DNA of 64,000 nt, taken from positions 1,344,001 to 1,408,000 of the forward strand of contig CBDBCZ010000018.1 in NCBI GenBank assembly GCA_965203295.1, in the 5' to 3' direction. This DNA comes from Nitrospirales bacterium. GTDB taxonomy: Bacteria; Nitrospirota; Nitrospiria; Nitrospirales; UBA8639. The notes beneath the pieces are model-generated. The model did not search any database, was not told where the DNA came from, and saw only the letters and a list, made by a program, of their open reading frames with translations. Of this stretch, positions 37,301 through 52,300 are shown piece after piece (the first letter of the stretch is position 1; every line of letters begins with the position of its first letter). A program made the translations under genes and the position numbers.

Positions 37301-40300
37301 AGTACGAAGATCTATAGGGCAACTCTGACGAAGCAGCTGACCAGGGTGTCCATCAGACATTTTCCATTTTCGGAAGCAAACAAGGTACACTGCTGCCACT
37401 ACTGCGGAAGGAATTCCATTCCACTGTCTGATACTGCAAGGACTGTGAGCTTTTCCTGTCCCACATAGGGAAACTAGACTCCTTGCTCTTCATTCTCAAT
37501 TATAGGCTTACCTGGAATGAGTGATTACGCATATCTAACAGTAGTCAGTCATGATTATATATTGGCATCTACCCAGTATCAATAGTGCTTTCTATGACTT
37601 ACTGTAAAGCGCTATCCTGTACAATACTTTGCTGTATTTTAAGTGTGTATAGCTCCACTTCACGCTTGATGCTTCCTCACTATGGGCTGACGTTACGATG
37701 AACAATTCACAATTAAATTATTGTAGTAGCTTTACGCTTTTTTCTCAGAAACTGTAAGTGATATTATTCCAAACAAGCTGCATCCCAACAGCACAAAAAA
37801 GGAGTAAAGCTTCTAGAACAGAGAAGTAGCTGCTTTACAAACACCCCCAGTTATTCCACCTGTAACTACATGTAGCCTATTTGCTAAAACAACTTTGAGC
37901 CAAATTACTTAGAGTCTGAGGGGAGTAGGACCCTAAAATTTTCACTGGCACACCTTCACAAGACTTACTAAGTCGTGATGAAAGCATATCTGGTGCTCTG
38001 TTTACATTTTAGCTATAATCAACAAACTTTACCTGCTTTTGTGAAAGAAAAACACCCTCATTAGTGTAAAATCTTCATTATACGACCAGATTTTTTTTTC
38101 ATTTTTTTTTTCATGCCGCCTTGCAAAATATATACTCGGCTACCCTGCAACACTTCAGAATGAAGAAGAAATGTTTTTCTTTTGTTGTATTTGGCACAAG
38201 GTGGGTAGAACACGGCAAGGCTAGCCATTGCGGTAACACTTTACATGGCTTCACAATGAATAATATTAGCAAAAGTACTATACAAACAATAAGCATGCGC
38301 AGTAAAGTAAAATGAAGATGCAGCATGACAGGCATACACATCATACATGCACAGCAACTTCATATAGCTTTCATCAGGGGAACTACAAAGACACTCATAG
38401 ATGCACCTCAATTAAAAGGGTATCACTGATTCTTATCTTCTGCTGAACTACGTGTTGAAATTGTGCAATGAATTAACTGTAGTTGTGAATTTTGACTGTA
38501 TGCTGCAAAACGTTTCTTCATTTATTGCAATCCAGATGGTAAGAAAATCACGCAAAAACACTTTGACACTAACCACAGCTACTACTACTTTACCTGTTCT
38601 CTAATTCTTTTTCAGCTCCCAGAGGCACTGTACATTGGCCATAGCCTCGCATAGCCAGACTACGTTGGCCATGGGTCTGGTAGTGCAGTAATGTGTGAAG
38701 ACACATGTGTGTGCGCCTTTTTGAACACTATTATAATTACATTTCTGCATTCACTATCAATTACATAATAATAACTACTTTACAGTAATGTAAACAGGAA
38801 ACCAGCTGCATTCAGTTATTACCTTAACACGTGGCTACATAACATCACTTTTGTAGGTCATTTTTATCATCGTACAAAACTTAGAATCATCGATCTCATA
38901 AAGCAATATTTGTAAAAGAATGGATTACCTTTTTATTAATGCAACAGTATATGGCACTCATAAGCTGTGCTATAGAACCGGCTAAAGGGCCCCTACCTTA
39001 ACTATTCATGTTAGCTACCACTCATCGTTTCTTAGTTTCATCTGTCAAAAGCTCCAGATTGTCACAGATTTAAACAAAAACAGGTTTTGTCATTGGTAGG
39101 GTTACAATGCTCTGTGCTTGTCCACCTGGAGAAAGAACGTGATTTACACCAGGCCTCAAACTCAACCTTCCCAGCTTTTATTTGGTATCTATCACTGTTT
39201 TATGGGCTTTCCTTTCAGACACTGATGTATGTAGTGAAGAGGGCACTGTAATATATTGATGGCTGACCTAGTCACTACTTAGCATGCTGGGGTTTTATAT
39301 TTTACTTTCACTTCTGGACTTAGTTTCCACTCCTAGAGCACACATTAGGGTACGTGACCTTATACGAGGACTGGAAACGAGCCTATTTGAACAAATCAAA
39401 CAAACAATGGTACAATTCAGTGCAATGTTTGTTAACCAGTTACTGCTGTTAATTCAGGCTTCAGTAATATATTTTAACTTTTCTTCTGAAACTGACAGCG
39501 CTACAATGTGTACTAATATATTTCGGACGGTGTCTAATTCCAGACAAATGTAATTTTTACCGGTTAGCTATAGATCTAGCCCAATGCTGATCGAAAATTT
39601 CCAAAAAATACACTTGTCCGGAATTAGGCACCCATCCGAAATTAGGCGACCTTACCTTACACCACCATTACGTCATTATTTGTATTGCCGCCAATACTTG
39701 GTAATCCGCCCAAATTAAGAGAATCCCATTCTAGTTAATGCAACTGCTAAGTCTTTACTACTTCAGTTGACTCCAAGCCTGTCCAAGTTTACTCTCCTAT
39801 AGACAAATTAAAAATTATGTCACCGTTTTACCGTTCACTCTGGGATTATTCCTGCTTAAACAGGCAGGCAACACACTGGATCGTTAACAACATCCATAGC
39901 ATCAACAGATTCATAGCACGAGCAGCTAGCATAGCCATTTGGTTTGTATTCCAAATGAAAAACATTGAATGACATCATAACGTATCTGCACCAGCGCGCG
40001 TGGCACCGTATTGGAACGAGAGCTATATAATGGAGTAAGAATCAAAGTTCAAAGTTCATAATTTTGGAAGTACGACGTTGTATATGAGGCACGAGAGCTA
40101 TTGGAATGAGGAGTGAGAGCTATTGGAATAAGGAGTGAGAACTATTGGAATGAGGATTGAGAACTATTGAAATGAGGATTGAGAACTATTGGAGTGAGGA
40201 GTGAGAGCTATTGGAATGAGGAGTGAGAGCTATTGGAGTGAGGAGTGAGAACTATTGGAATAAGGAGTGACAACTATTGGAATGAGGAGTGAGAACTATT

Positions 40301-43300
40301 GGAATGAGGAGTGAGAACTATTGGAATGAGGAGTGAGAGCTTTTGGAGTGAGGAGTGAGAGCTTTTGGAGTGAGGAGTGAGAACTATTGGAATAAGGAGT
40401 GAGAACTATTGGAATAAGGAGTGACAACTATTGGAATGAGGAGTGAGAACTATTGGAATGAGGAGTGAGAACTATTGGAATGAGGAGTGAGAGCTTTTGG
40501 AGTGAGGAGTGAGCACTATTGGAATAAGGAGTGAGAAGTATTGGAATGAGGAGTGAGAACTATTGCAATAAGGAGTGAGAACTATTGAAATGAGGAGTGA
40601 GAACTATTGGAATGAGGAGTGAGAACTATTGGAATGAGGAGTGAGAACTATTGGAATAAGGAGTGAGAACTATTAGAATCACTTTATTTTAATTGGACAA
40701 GTAGCTGAGCAATATTTCTAAAACCAAAAACCTTTAGGTTTAATGTTGTTAGAGGTACTGCTAAAACATTTTGGAATATTTGTCTAGCTACTAGACTAAG
40801 CGTTAAATAGACCAAATCTCTGCTCTGGTGTTGTGAACGAGTAAGCTGCACAGTTAATTAATACATATCGGTACACTAACTGTATTTGTACTCACACAGA
40901 CATCCACTTAGCATATGTATGCACACTTGTACACTTATACAGTATACAATAATTAATTCCATTGTAAAATTTTTGAATGTGATGAGATCAGCTCAAGATC
41001 AGGCATAATTACAGTGCATAGCTATAGACTTTTTGGTTTGGCAGATGTAGCTACCTTGCAGTAGAACAATGAATGTCAACAAGCCGAAGCACAGACTGAA
41101 GTGTATAGCCTATCAAGACACAATAATTTCTCCAGATATAGCTTAGCCTAGAGGTATCTGATTGGGCTTGAGTGTGAACACTTTCTGCCTTTAATTATTC
41201 TGTTCTGGTAAGCTGCGTGCATGATTAGAATAAAAGTTTTGAATGGGAACTGAATGGGATTAGAACGCTCATCATTAACAGCAGTGACCTTGGGCAGTGG
41301 GTCAGAGTCTCTGGTTGTTTAATAGTAGGAAATAGGAAAATTCAAAGAAACAGATTCTGAGATCTTGGGTATAAACTTGATTCATTATTTTTGGTAATAT
41401 TGAATGCTCAGATCTTATACTGTCAGGGAGTGTCCATTGAGCTAGAGGGGTATACTATTAGCTACATGAAGTGGAAATTATCAGTTAGTGTAGTTGCTGC
41501 TCTATACTGAAAATGGATATTAAACAAGGCTGTTTCTCTCTCCAGTCTTGAGGGGAATGCTGTCGGTGATGAAGGGGCAGCTCTACTTTGCGGTGCTCTG
41601 AAGGCAAACGCCTCACTGAAGAAACTCTTGTGAGTAAACACATATTAAATATTATAGTATGGTCTACCACTTATTCTGTAAGTAGAACTTTCTGTTATTA
41701 ACATTTATTCTTCACTAATGAAGTAAGTAGCACATAGTACACTTCGACACTTCAGCTGTCATCAGACTACTGCATCAATAACCTCTCTCATTTCCATTCA
41801 ACTGTTAATGTATCACCTCTATTTACTGCTAATGTTTTGCAGCTGTTGCTCAAAGGAAACTACAACTCAGATTATCAACTAATACGTTTGTCCCTTTGCT
41901 AAGAGAAATCATACAACTCCACCATGTGACACAGGGAAGTCATATCATGCACACACACCATTTTATAGTTTCAAACTGAGTTAGGTGTAGCACAGTGAAG
42001 CTATTTGATAATGCACAAGACCTTCCATACAAAGCCATGCATCTATCATTGTTTCAATGGATGGCCCACATTCCAGGCTTATGATTGTTTGTGTATCTTC
42101 CACCCCTGTAGACTTGGAGACAACAACATTGGATCAGCCGGAGTGAACTCAATTGCTGGTTTGCTACGTCAGAATAACACTCTGGAAACCCTGAAGTGAG
42201 GATACTATATACCGTATAATTTCCAATTATTCTTCCAAATAAAATGATTTTTTGGGGGTTGACAATTTCATTGAAGGTGATTAATTACGAGCAGTGGTGA
42301 ATAAATAAAAGATTAGCCTGAGATATTGACAGCATGTCCGATATTCACTCTTTACTTGCATTGTTAACAAGCCTCGACCTCTCCATGCTTTCTTCCACTT
42401 CTGCTACTTCAGTCTTTAGCATTCAGCAGTGGCATCATATCCACGAACGTGCACACACAAGCAACTAAAGACAGCCATGACAGGCAGTAAGCTTATGCAT
42501 GATACGCACGCTAGCTAGCTAGTCACGTCTAACAACTGCAACAAGTAAGCTTGCTCACGCTTGTCTCTCGCTACTACGCACAGATTGAGCACAACAATAA
42601 CAATATGCATAAGAAACAGCAGGTGCGCAGTTAGATTTGGCCAACCTTTTTGTCCTCGGTATGGCTTTCTGTATCAGCCAGTCACACTCCAGGGCATTCC
42701 TGCTGACATAATCTGTAGTAGAAGCTGAGCATGTAGCAGCTGGCAAATATTAGAATGATAATTTCAGAATAAGCCTGTGAATTTGTTGGAGAAAATTAAT
42801 TGTTTTCCCCGGAAAACTGGTGTGTGGCAAATAATTAGAGGGGTTAATAATTAGAAATTATATGGTACATAATTAATCTAATAAAAATGCTTTGCCTATA
42901 GCATTTATAGCCCCTAAGTTTGTAGCAGGAGTAGTTCATTGCCAGTGGAGGATCTGGGGGTTGTGATGCTTCTGGCAACTGACTAAATTTATTCACGCCA
43001 ACACTACATAAGCACCTAGACACTACTCGTATCAACAACACATTTCCAGAAACTAGACCATGGCAATACTTTCAATAGCTGACTGTAGCCTCCTGCCCAG
43101 ACAAGTCTCATTATTGCCGAGCGCCTTAGTGCGAGGCAATTAATCTTGCAGTGCGGCAGTCGAATCTGAGCTAGCATATATATTATGTGTATATATATAT
43201 ATATACTAGGTGAATGCAAGCATTGTGGGGTGAGCGTGAGCGAGGTATTAGCCCATGCGTACGTTAGCAGGACGCGCCCTCAGCAGCTCTTTTGGCTCCT

Positions 43301-46300
43301 TCTCTCGTCTCAGTGTCACTTGTTGGTGGCCCCCCGAGAAATTGAGGCTACTACAAAGCGCGTTGTGACTAAAATTTGTCTGTGTTATCATAATTGGTGG
43401 TATACATTTACAATTTACTGTAAAACTATGGCAACCAGCAATGTGTGTGTTATCTCAACTCAGGGCGTGCGCAATTGTACGTGAGCTTGCCTTACCAGCC
43501 CTGAGTGGGCACTCTATGTAATTTGGTTTTCAAATTACAATGTAAATTGGCAGTGGCTTCAAAGAGCTTAAGCAGTTCATCAGAGTCATACTGCAAACTG
43601 CAAACATATCAATTTCTTATGACTAATAACATCCCATTAAAGTACGTAGGTGTGTGTATTACGCAATGCTTGTATTGGTACAGTGCATTACTAACTTAAC
43701 TCTTCACCAACCAATGACGCATATATGCGTCATGAGCTCCCATAAGCCCTTATTAATTTATATGGGGGTTTTAATACAAGGCGTTAATACTTTGTACAGG
43801 CTTTTCTGCTTCTTTAAGCTGTTTCTTATGGTTGGTAAAGGGTTAATCATAATGTCTAAGTGTGAGACTAGCCTGATATTGTGAGTTGGAACTGCAAAAA
43901 ATAGTAGAATGGAAGCTGTCTAATGCTGATGCATTTGGCAAATAGATAGTGTTTAATCCATTTTGGGGTATTGTTATGCATTCGAGTATAGGTTTGGACG
44001 TATTATTAGGACATGTTAGGAGACTTTCCACTGTAGTAATGATGTAATACGTTTGCTGTGGACTTAGAGCCCTGAACTAGAACCATAGTAGGAAGGTGAC
44101 TTAGGTGTTATATCCTCTTTCTATTCAGTATGACCCTGACAGCCCTTATCTTGCATCATGTGCTTTTATTTACTGTAAATAGGGATGTAGGACGTAATTA
44201 TTATTTATGCAAGGCCTATAAATTGCTGTCATATGTTGTACAAGCAGTTCTGACTAAGGAAAGAAATATTTTGGATGCTCCTATAAAGTGAACTACTGCA
44301 ACTCTAAGGATCCAATCCACGCAATTCAGTTGCGTGACAGGTATATTAGCTTACAATTTAATGGTGAGTAATTAGTGTCAGAGATTTTTTATTCAAGACA
44401 GTAGGTATGCAGAAAATGAATACTGAGAGTAGTCATTCATGCTATACAGTGATAATTGGATGCTTAAGAATGGACTATTCCTCTCTCCAGTCTCTACTAC
44501 AATGATGTTGGTGATGAAGGGGCAGCTCTACTGTCTGGTGCTCTGAATGTCAACTGCTCACTGAAAAGACTAAAGTAAGTATACGCATACACCTTATTCT
44601 GTGAAAAGAGCCTGAAATTACGTAATTATTGTCACTCTTCAGATAGGTACTGCATAATTGAATACACTTTACTGTCCAGCTACAACTTAGATTATCAATA
44701 CTTTGTCATTAAATTTTTTACTGAGAGAATCCATATGACAACAATGTGTCACAGGGAAGCCCTATGATGCACACCGGACTTGGTTTTAAACCACTAGTCT
44801 TAAACTGAGTTTAGTGTAGCATAGTGAAGCCATGTAGTGTTTCACAGAACCTTCTACACAATACGAAGCAACGAATTGTCAGCGTGTGCATGGATGACTG
44901 ACACCCAGGCTGATGATTGTCTCTGTATCTTCTATCACTGTAGCCTTGGAGGCAACAGAATTGGACTTGCTGGGGTGAAATCGATTTCTGGCTTACTACG
45001 ACAAAATAAGAATCTGAAAGAACTGCGGTAAAGATAGTACATACTAACTTAAATTCTTTGCCTTGAGTATCCATAGCACCATACTTTGTCGCAGAAGCAA
45101 TTTATTGCCAGTGGAGAATCTCAGTTTTTTTTTGGCTTCTGGCAACTAACTAATTGTCCATCCATGCCAACACGATACAAGAAACTAGACACAACTTCAG
45201 CTAACTAAATGCTTTCAGGCCCTAGTCCATAACAACATTAACAATAGCTGCTTGTAGTCTTGTGCCCAGACTAGTTTTACTGTACATCGTTGCATCTCTT
45301 GGTTGGTAGAAATGGTCCCAAAATATTATTCTCCTTGTGACAAGATTGGGATTGTCGGCCTTTAACTTGTCTGACCCGGTTAAGTGACTGTTTGGAAGAG
45401 CCAGCTAATTATAGTATTACTGGGACACTTAACTCAGTAATGTTGTCTTAGTTGTAGACGGAGTGTGATTATAATTACCTACTCATCATGTGGCTTAATG
45501 TTTACCTGGTACTCTGCTCATGCATTCCTGTTTATTTGGCATGTGAGCAAGTCCCACACTAGTGTGTTCAATTGAAATTTTGTCTGTGTATACAGTGAGC
45601 GTGCGTGCGTGTGAGCGTGCATATTGTTTTCACTCTCCACGGTTCCAATATATCATTTCGAATAGTTTCGGTAATGTTCTAAATTGTTACGTAACATGGC
45701 CACGGATCTGCAGTGCAACTAGCTTAGGTACGTCCTCACAGACTACACTGCAGCAGCAGGGGCTACAGTGTAGCTCTTACTTCCCAGGTTGGCGACAAGT
45801 TATATTGGAGCAGCAGAGGGAGAATTCTAGAGCCAGAATAGCTACTATTTCTCCAGGCTGCCAGCATGCAAGTGACTCTAAGATGGGAGAGGGAGAGAGC
45901 TAGACCCGGAAAAGCTGCTGAGGGGGCATATCCACTAAGGTGGCTAATATCTCGCTCACGCTTGCCCCACAATGCTTTGCATTCACCTAGTTTATTGGTT
46001 AAATACACATGTTATAGTTAATTAAGCAGGTGGGGTTATACAAGAAAAGCTTATCTGGCTTTTCTAGAATGGTTATGTCATTGTCACACATCATTCACTA
46101 CCTTCTTGTATTAAAATTTGCTTTCAATCGATTGCAATAATACTGAGTATTTATATTGTTTAGATTTCGTTCTATGAGTATTGATTGGTGCTCCTCTCTG
46201 CATTCTTGTGTTCAGTTGTTCCAGCTAAGTCTCCCTTATTTAGTTGAGATATATATGTACAGGAAGAGCTGGCCTGAGTTTTGCAGAACGCTTATGTCAC

Positions 46301-49300
46301 AATGGATCCATCCCATTTCAATTGGTTGCTTTCATTTCCTGCAAGCAATATGTGGCAATATGTGGTAATGTTTCACTCTATACGTCATTTAACTAGGATT
46401 ATCTTAATAGATTTAACATCATGAGTATAAAGCTCACCAGAACCTGTTTATTTCAAAGCTCAAATTCATTAGTGAACTTTAGGCAATTCATAATGAGTTT
46501 TTCCATCAGCTTTGGATGTTGTGCAGGACAGTGCTAGCCATGCGATTCTCTTGCATGAACCCATTATAATATAAAATCATAGATAATATTTACTTAAGTA
46601 TATACTATTTATGATAAAAGGAAATACAACGTCTGCTTTAGGCCACACCACTTGACACGCACTGCGTACAACATTTTGACAATTGGCCCAAACATATTAA
46701 TTAACTCTCTAAGTAGTAATTACATCACTTTCATTTCATTCCACATGTCACGATGTGGCAGGCAATGTTCTTATAAATATCAATATTGCATGTGAGCTAT
46801 GGTTGCGGCAGCTGTAAGAACTCACGAGGTGTATGCATGTACGCACATGTATATGCTGTACACTCATTTGGGTGAGCCTGAGTGAGCCCCACACTACGAG
46901 TTAGCTCTACATTTCTGTCTATATTATTATGGTACGCACATTGTGCCGGAACTGCGCATAATGTTCCATACTTGTGGCGCATAATGTTCCATACTTGTGG
47001 CCTCGTTACACGTGCACGTGTGTATAATGATTACCGAGCCATTTAGAGCGAGGCAATTAATCCTACATTGTATCTCAGCAAGCAGTTTGTATGTGTCACG
47101 CTTAGGAATGCAATTATACTGCATACTGCACACGGCACAACCGGCCCTTTGTGGTCAGTTCTCACCTGCTACTTCCCCCAGCATTGGCTGAAGTCTAGTC
47201 ATGGACAACTGTATCGGACTGTTAACTTTGTTGCTATGTGTGTTCTATTGATGTGTATTTAGAGTGAAGTACTGTTAATAGGTGTTAGTTACTGTTCTTT
47301 TGTTTGTTGTGTAAGTAGAAGCTAAGGTGGGATGTTCGTTGCTATGTTGTTATAAAAGGTTTGGGGTTGTATTATGTATAGTTGTCCTCCATTGTTGAGT
47401 TCGGCTGCGAAGGTTGAAGTTGCATGTGTGGTATTGCACCTGCGTAGGGGTTGTGTCTCGGCTAAGCTATTACAGTTGGTGGCAGCGGTGTACGAATCGT
47501 GTTGGCAGCAGTAGTCTGGACCCACTGTTGAATGACAACCCAATCAGGCATGACTTGTAAGAGAGTTGAAGAACGGAAGATGGCTTCGGAGTAGGTTGCA
47601 TCTATGGAAACATCTGTGGCTTGACAGAGATGGTCAAGGCCTTGCTCGCTAATCAGGAGAAAAGGGAAGAAGAGCAGCATAGGACAAAAAAGGCGATGGT
47701 CGAGAAACAGCATCGCAGGGAAGCGGCAATGATTGAAGAGCAGCGTAGGAAGGAAGAAGCCATGGAGCAAAAAATGCAAGAATTCCAAGCGCAGAACGAA
47801 ATGCTGAGAAATTTGGTGGAGAAGTCAATGGGAGAGATGAAGGGCTATCTCATCGAGGGCTCAATTCATTGAAGCTGGCAAAGCTAGCTGAGTCAGATGA
47901 TTGTGGCAGAGCCCCTCCCCCCCCCCTTAGTGACTCTGGTTGCAATTCTGTCTGTACGGGTGCATGGTCTTATATACCACAAATGCGGTGCCAGTCCTAT
48001 TTCAACGTCGTCCATGCAAAGTCCTACAGTCACGTGGCGACTGCTTCGCCCCCACACTGCACTGCATTTACTAGTATTGAAGCAAAATTATGTGACGACT
48101 TTTGAAAGGTTGATGGCGGCATACGAAATCGATGCATCATGATGGGCATTTTTGCTGGCCTTGCAACTCACTGGGAAGGCCCAGCAGGCATATGCCACCA
48201 TGAGTCAGAGCGACTCTAGCAAGTATGAAGAAGTCAGGAGCGCAATTTTGCGGTGATATGACATCAAAGAGGAAACATAGAGGCAAAGTTTTTGGTCGGT
48301 GAAGCAGCGGGAAGGCAAAACCCTGATCAAATTAGCAGCGCGACTACAGGTCCTGGCCGACAAATGGTTAGGGAGTGTGACTCAAAGGAGAAGGTGGTGG
48401 ATGTGATCATCAAGGAGCAGTTCCTGAATACATTGCCGGAAGATGTCAGGGTGTGGGTGAAGGAGCGAAAACACCACTACAAGCAAGGAGGCCGGGTGTC
48501 TGGCAGAATACTACCTACAGGCTCAAAAGGCAACGGGCAGGCCAGAGAGGGTGAACAGACAATTGCCCATAGACCGAACCGCCAGGAGGTCCAGCTGTGG
48601 GTCCAAAAGGATACCAGGGTTGTCGACAGTTGGGGCATTGGACACGAAACTGGTCAAAGAATGCTAGACCACTTGTGGGAGGACCGCCAAAGGAGCAGAC
48701 GTTGAGAAAGGAGAGGCAGAAGCGCGAGGTGTTGAGGTGCTTCAACTATAAAAAGAGTGGGCATGTGGCAATGAGGTTCCCAGATTGGCCTTTGTTCTAT
48801 GGAGGTGGCAGCTGATCTGGTTTGGGCAGAGGGGTTGGCAGGCAAGAGTAAGGAATCTCTAGGAGTGGAGTAGTGGAAGGCCGCTATGTCACCAATATTC
48901 TGCTGGATACTGGAAGGAGAGGCTGTCACTATCTGTGCTCATGGAGATGTCGTCTTATACCCGCTAGCGGAAGTTGGTGGCGAGGTTGATGGGAAGGTGA
49001 TCAAGGTTGAAGCAGCGGTATCTGTTTCCCTACCTGTGTCTGTCTTGTTGAGCACAGATGTACCGGAGCTGATGGAGCTGCTGAAGGGTGTGATAATGGA
49101 GCAGGCACAGTTAGATGATGCCTTGGTGGAGATGACCCGAGCAAGGGTTAAGCCAGCGGGAGCATAAAGAAGCTATTGAGAGGGAGAGAGAGCAGTTGTC
49201 AGGAGCACGACCACACTCACTTGATGAGCTGGGGGAAAATGAGGCAAAGAAAATGGAAAAGAGGCACGGAGATCAGCAGGACCCTGCAGTGGTCCAACAC

Positions 49301-52300
49301 CAGGCTATGCAACCACAACAGTGTGAGGAAGGTCGACCGTAGACCTTGGTGGAAGAGGTTTGAGAAGAGCCGGAAGCAGTACCTTGGAGTGAGTTTGATG
49401 AGGATATTTTTGTGGAAGCCCGGGATTGGATGGAGCTCACCCGGAGTCAGAAGCATGCTGGGGGACGGCAGCACAGGGAGCAGCAGTCTGGGAAGTCGGA
49501 GGAAGGCCAACCTACTCAGCACCCCTTAGATATTACTACAGAGGAATTGAGGAAGTTTCAGGACGAGAATTTGTCATTGGCAGGAGCAAGGAGGGTTACC
49601 GCGAGACAGCCATGTCTCGCAGTTGGAAAGGGTTTCTTTGAAGAAGATGGGTTACGCTACCGGCGATGGACTCCTCTGGGACGAGACGACAACATGGAGG
49701 TGATGCAGCTAGTTCTTTCAAAGCAGTGCTGGAAGACGGTGGTTCAGCTGGCACATGAGATCCCACTTGCAGGGCATATGCGTAGGCAAGGGAAAGACCA
49801 TCCAGAGGGTTCTACTGTACTTTTACCGGCCAACAGTGTACCAGGATGTGGTTGAGTTCTGCCAAAGCTGTGAGAGCTGTTAGAAGTGCCCCCACAGGAA
49901 AGAACCGAAGGCCCAACTCATCCCCCTCCCAATTATCTCTGAGCCATTCCAGAGGATTTCCCTTGATATTGTGGGTCCCCTACCACGAAGTTGTACCGGG
50001 AATCGCTATGTGTCATCATTTGGGACTATGCAACCCGTTTTCCCGAGGCAGTGCCCCTACGTTTCATTGAGGTTGAGAAGATTGCTGATGAGCTGATTAG
50101 GCTGATTTGCAAAGAGTTGGTATCCTGAACGAGATTCTGATGGACCAAGGGTCTAATTTTACCTCACAGCTATACTCACGGAGCTTTACCAGCTTCTCCA
50201 TGTGCACCCAATCCGTACCAGCCCCTTCCACCCCCAGACGAATGGTTTAATCAAACCCTGGCAGATGATATTGAGGAAGAAGGAAAGGATTGGGACAAGC
50301 TCTTCCCGTACCTGTTGTTCGCGTACCGGGGGTCCTATAGGATTCAACGGGGTTTTCACTATACGAGCTGCTCTATGGTTGTTCAGTGAGGTGGCCACTG
50401 GACGTCCTCAGAGAGTCCTGGGTGGCTAGGAGTCGGAGCAGTGAGAGTGTGGTGTCTATGTTGCTCTCAGTACAGGTCAAGATGTCCCAGATGACGGAGT
50501 AGGCTCAGAGATATTAGCGAAGGCTTAGCAGCGACAGGAAGCCTTTTGTCACCAAAGCACTCGACAGAGAGAATTCTAAGTAGGGGAACAGGTCATTGTA
50601 TTGCTGCCAACATCCAGCCACAAGCCCTTGGCCCAGTGGCAGGGGCCATACACAGTACATGGTTCGTCGTATAGGGAAGGTAAACTAACACATTGATATA
50701 AAAGACAAGAGGAAGAGACACCGAGTGTTTCATATCAACATGCTACGGAAGTGGCATGTGCCAGCATCGACCAATTACTTGGCTGAGGGGACAGTCGTTG
50801 ACGTTGATATGGAAGAGGTACCAACGTGGAGAGAGCAGGGTAGTATTGGTGAGAACCAGCCAGCAATTGGGGAGCAGTTGAGTGAGGTGCAGCGACGGCA
50901 GTTGGAAAGGTTTCTGAAAGGCTATTCTGACATTATGCAGAATCAACCAGGTCGAACCAATCTTGCGGAGCATGGTGTGAATACAAGATTAGCATGGCCA
51001 ATTAAACAGCCTCCATATCGACTACCCTATGCATATCGGCAGCAGGTACAGGAGGAATTGAAAGAGGTGTTGGTGAATGGTATCATTGAGGAGTCAGGGA
51101 GTGAGTGGGCATCACCGATGGCTCTGGTCCACAAAAAAAGATGGGTCTTTGAGGCTGTGTGTGGATTATCGGAAGCTGAATGGGGAGTTACGGCTAGATC
51201 AGAACCCTATGCCTCGAATTGACGAGCTTAAGGATAGGTTAAGTAAGGCAAGGTTCATCTCGATTTTGGATTTTACGAAAGGCTATTGGTCCCATTCACG
51301 GAGAAAGCTCACATCAAGACAGTGTTTGTGACACCTTTTGGGCTGTATCAGTTTAGGTCATGCCGTTCGGTTTGCAGGGGGCACCGGCTACTTTTCAAAG
51401 GTTAATGGATAGGGTTTTGCGAGGGCTGGGTCAGTTTGCGGCTGCTTACCTTGATGATGTAGTTATCTTTAGCTCTTCCTAGGAGAAACACCTCGCTCAA
51501 GTCAAGAAAGTGCTTTCACAATTACGAGATGCAGGGCTTAGCGTCAAGCCACGAAAGTGGCAGTTCGCTATGTCCCAGTGCTGCTATTTGGGTCATGTAA
51601 CCAACCTCAATGCAGACAAAATTGTAGCTACTAGCTCCATTGTCAACTCCGACAACCGCAATTATTGTATGGCCCACTGTGACAATGTATGACATTGTAT
51701 TGACCCTATTTCATTCCATTCATGGCTATTCTTCTCTCCAGCTTCGCGTACAATGCCCTTGGTGATGGAGGTGTTACTGAACTTTGCTCAGGGCTAAATG
51801 TGAACAATACACTGAAGATACTGAAGTGAGTTTACATACACTGAAAGTTCTAGTACCTACTACTGCAAACTGATCTCCTGTTTTTTTTAATTCACTAATC
51901 AGTAACACAGCTGGTCCCTGTTTTAGAAAAGCCATTGGATGTTTGCATACAATACAGGGAAGCAATGTAATACGCACAGAAACTTGTTAAATTTTAGGGC
52001 TGTGCTGATAACGCTCGACATTATGCTACACTACCTTGCACAAGTAAGAATATAGTGCAAACTGTGCTCATAAACTCAGCGCTGTGAAGTGCAGTGACTT
52101 TTGGAGGTGATGGATTCATACTGAGTGGATGTTTGTGTGTTAGCTATGAAATGTGCTCACTATCGCTCTCGTAAATACTCAAACTCTTTTCATAGTCTAT
52201 GATTTAACATGGTATTATAAGAGGCATATCAACGTAGCAGTAAAAAATTGTGTTTGTGTTTTTACGTGTTTTTATGTTACTTATGCCACATTTTTCCCGA

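Noticed and set aside
40093..40678. 22-bp repeat array as CRISPR
   Set aside because: Head-to-tail minisatellite with no spacers.
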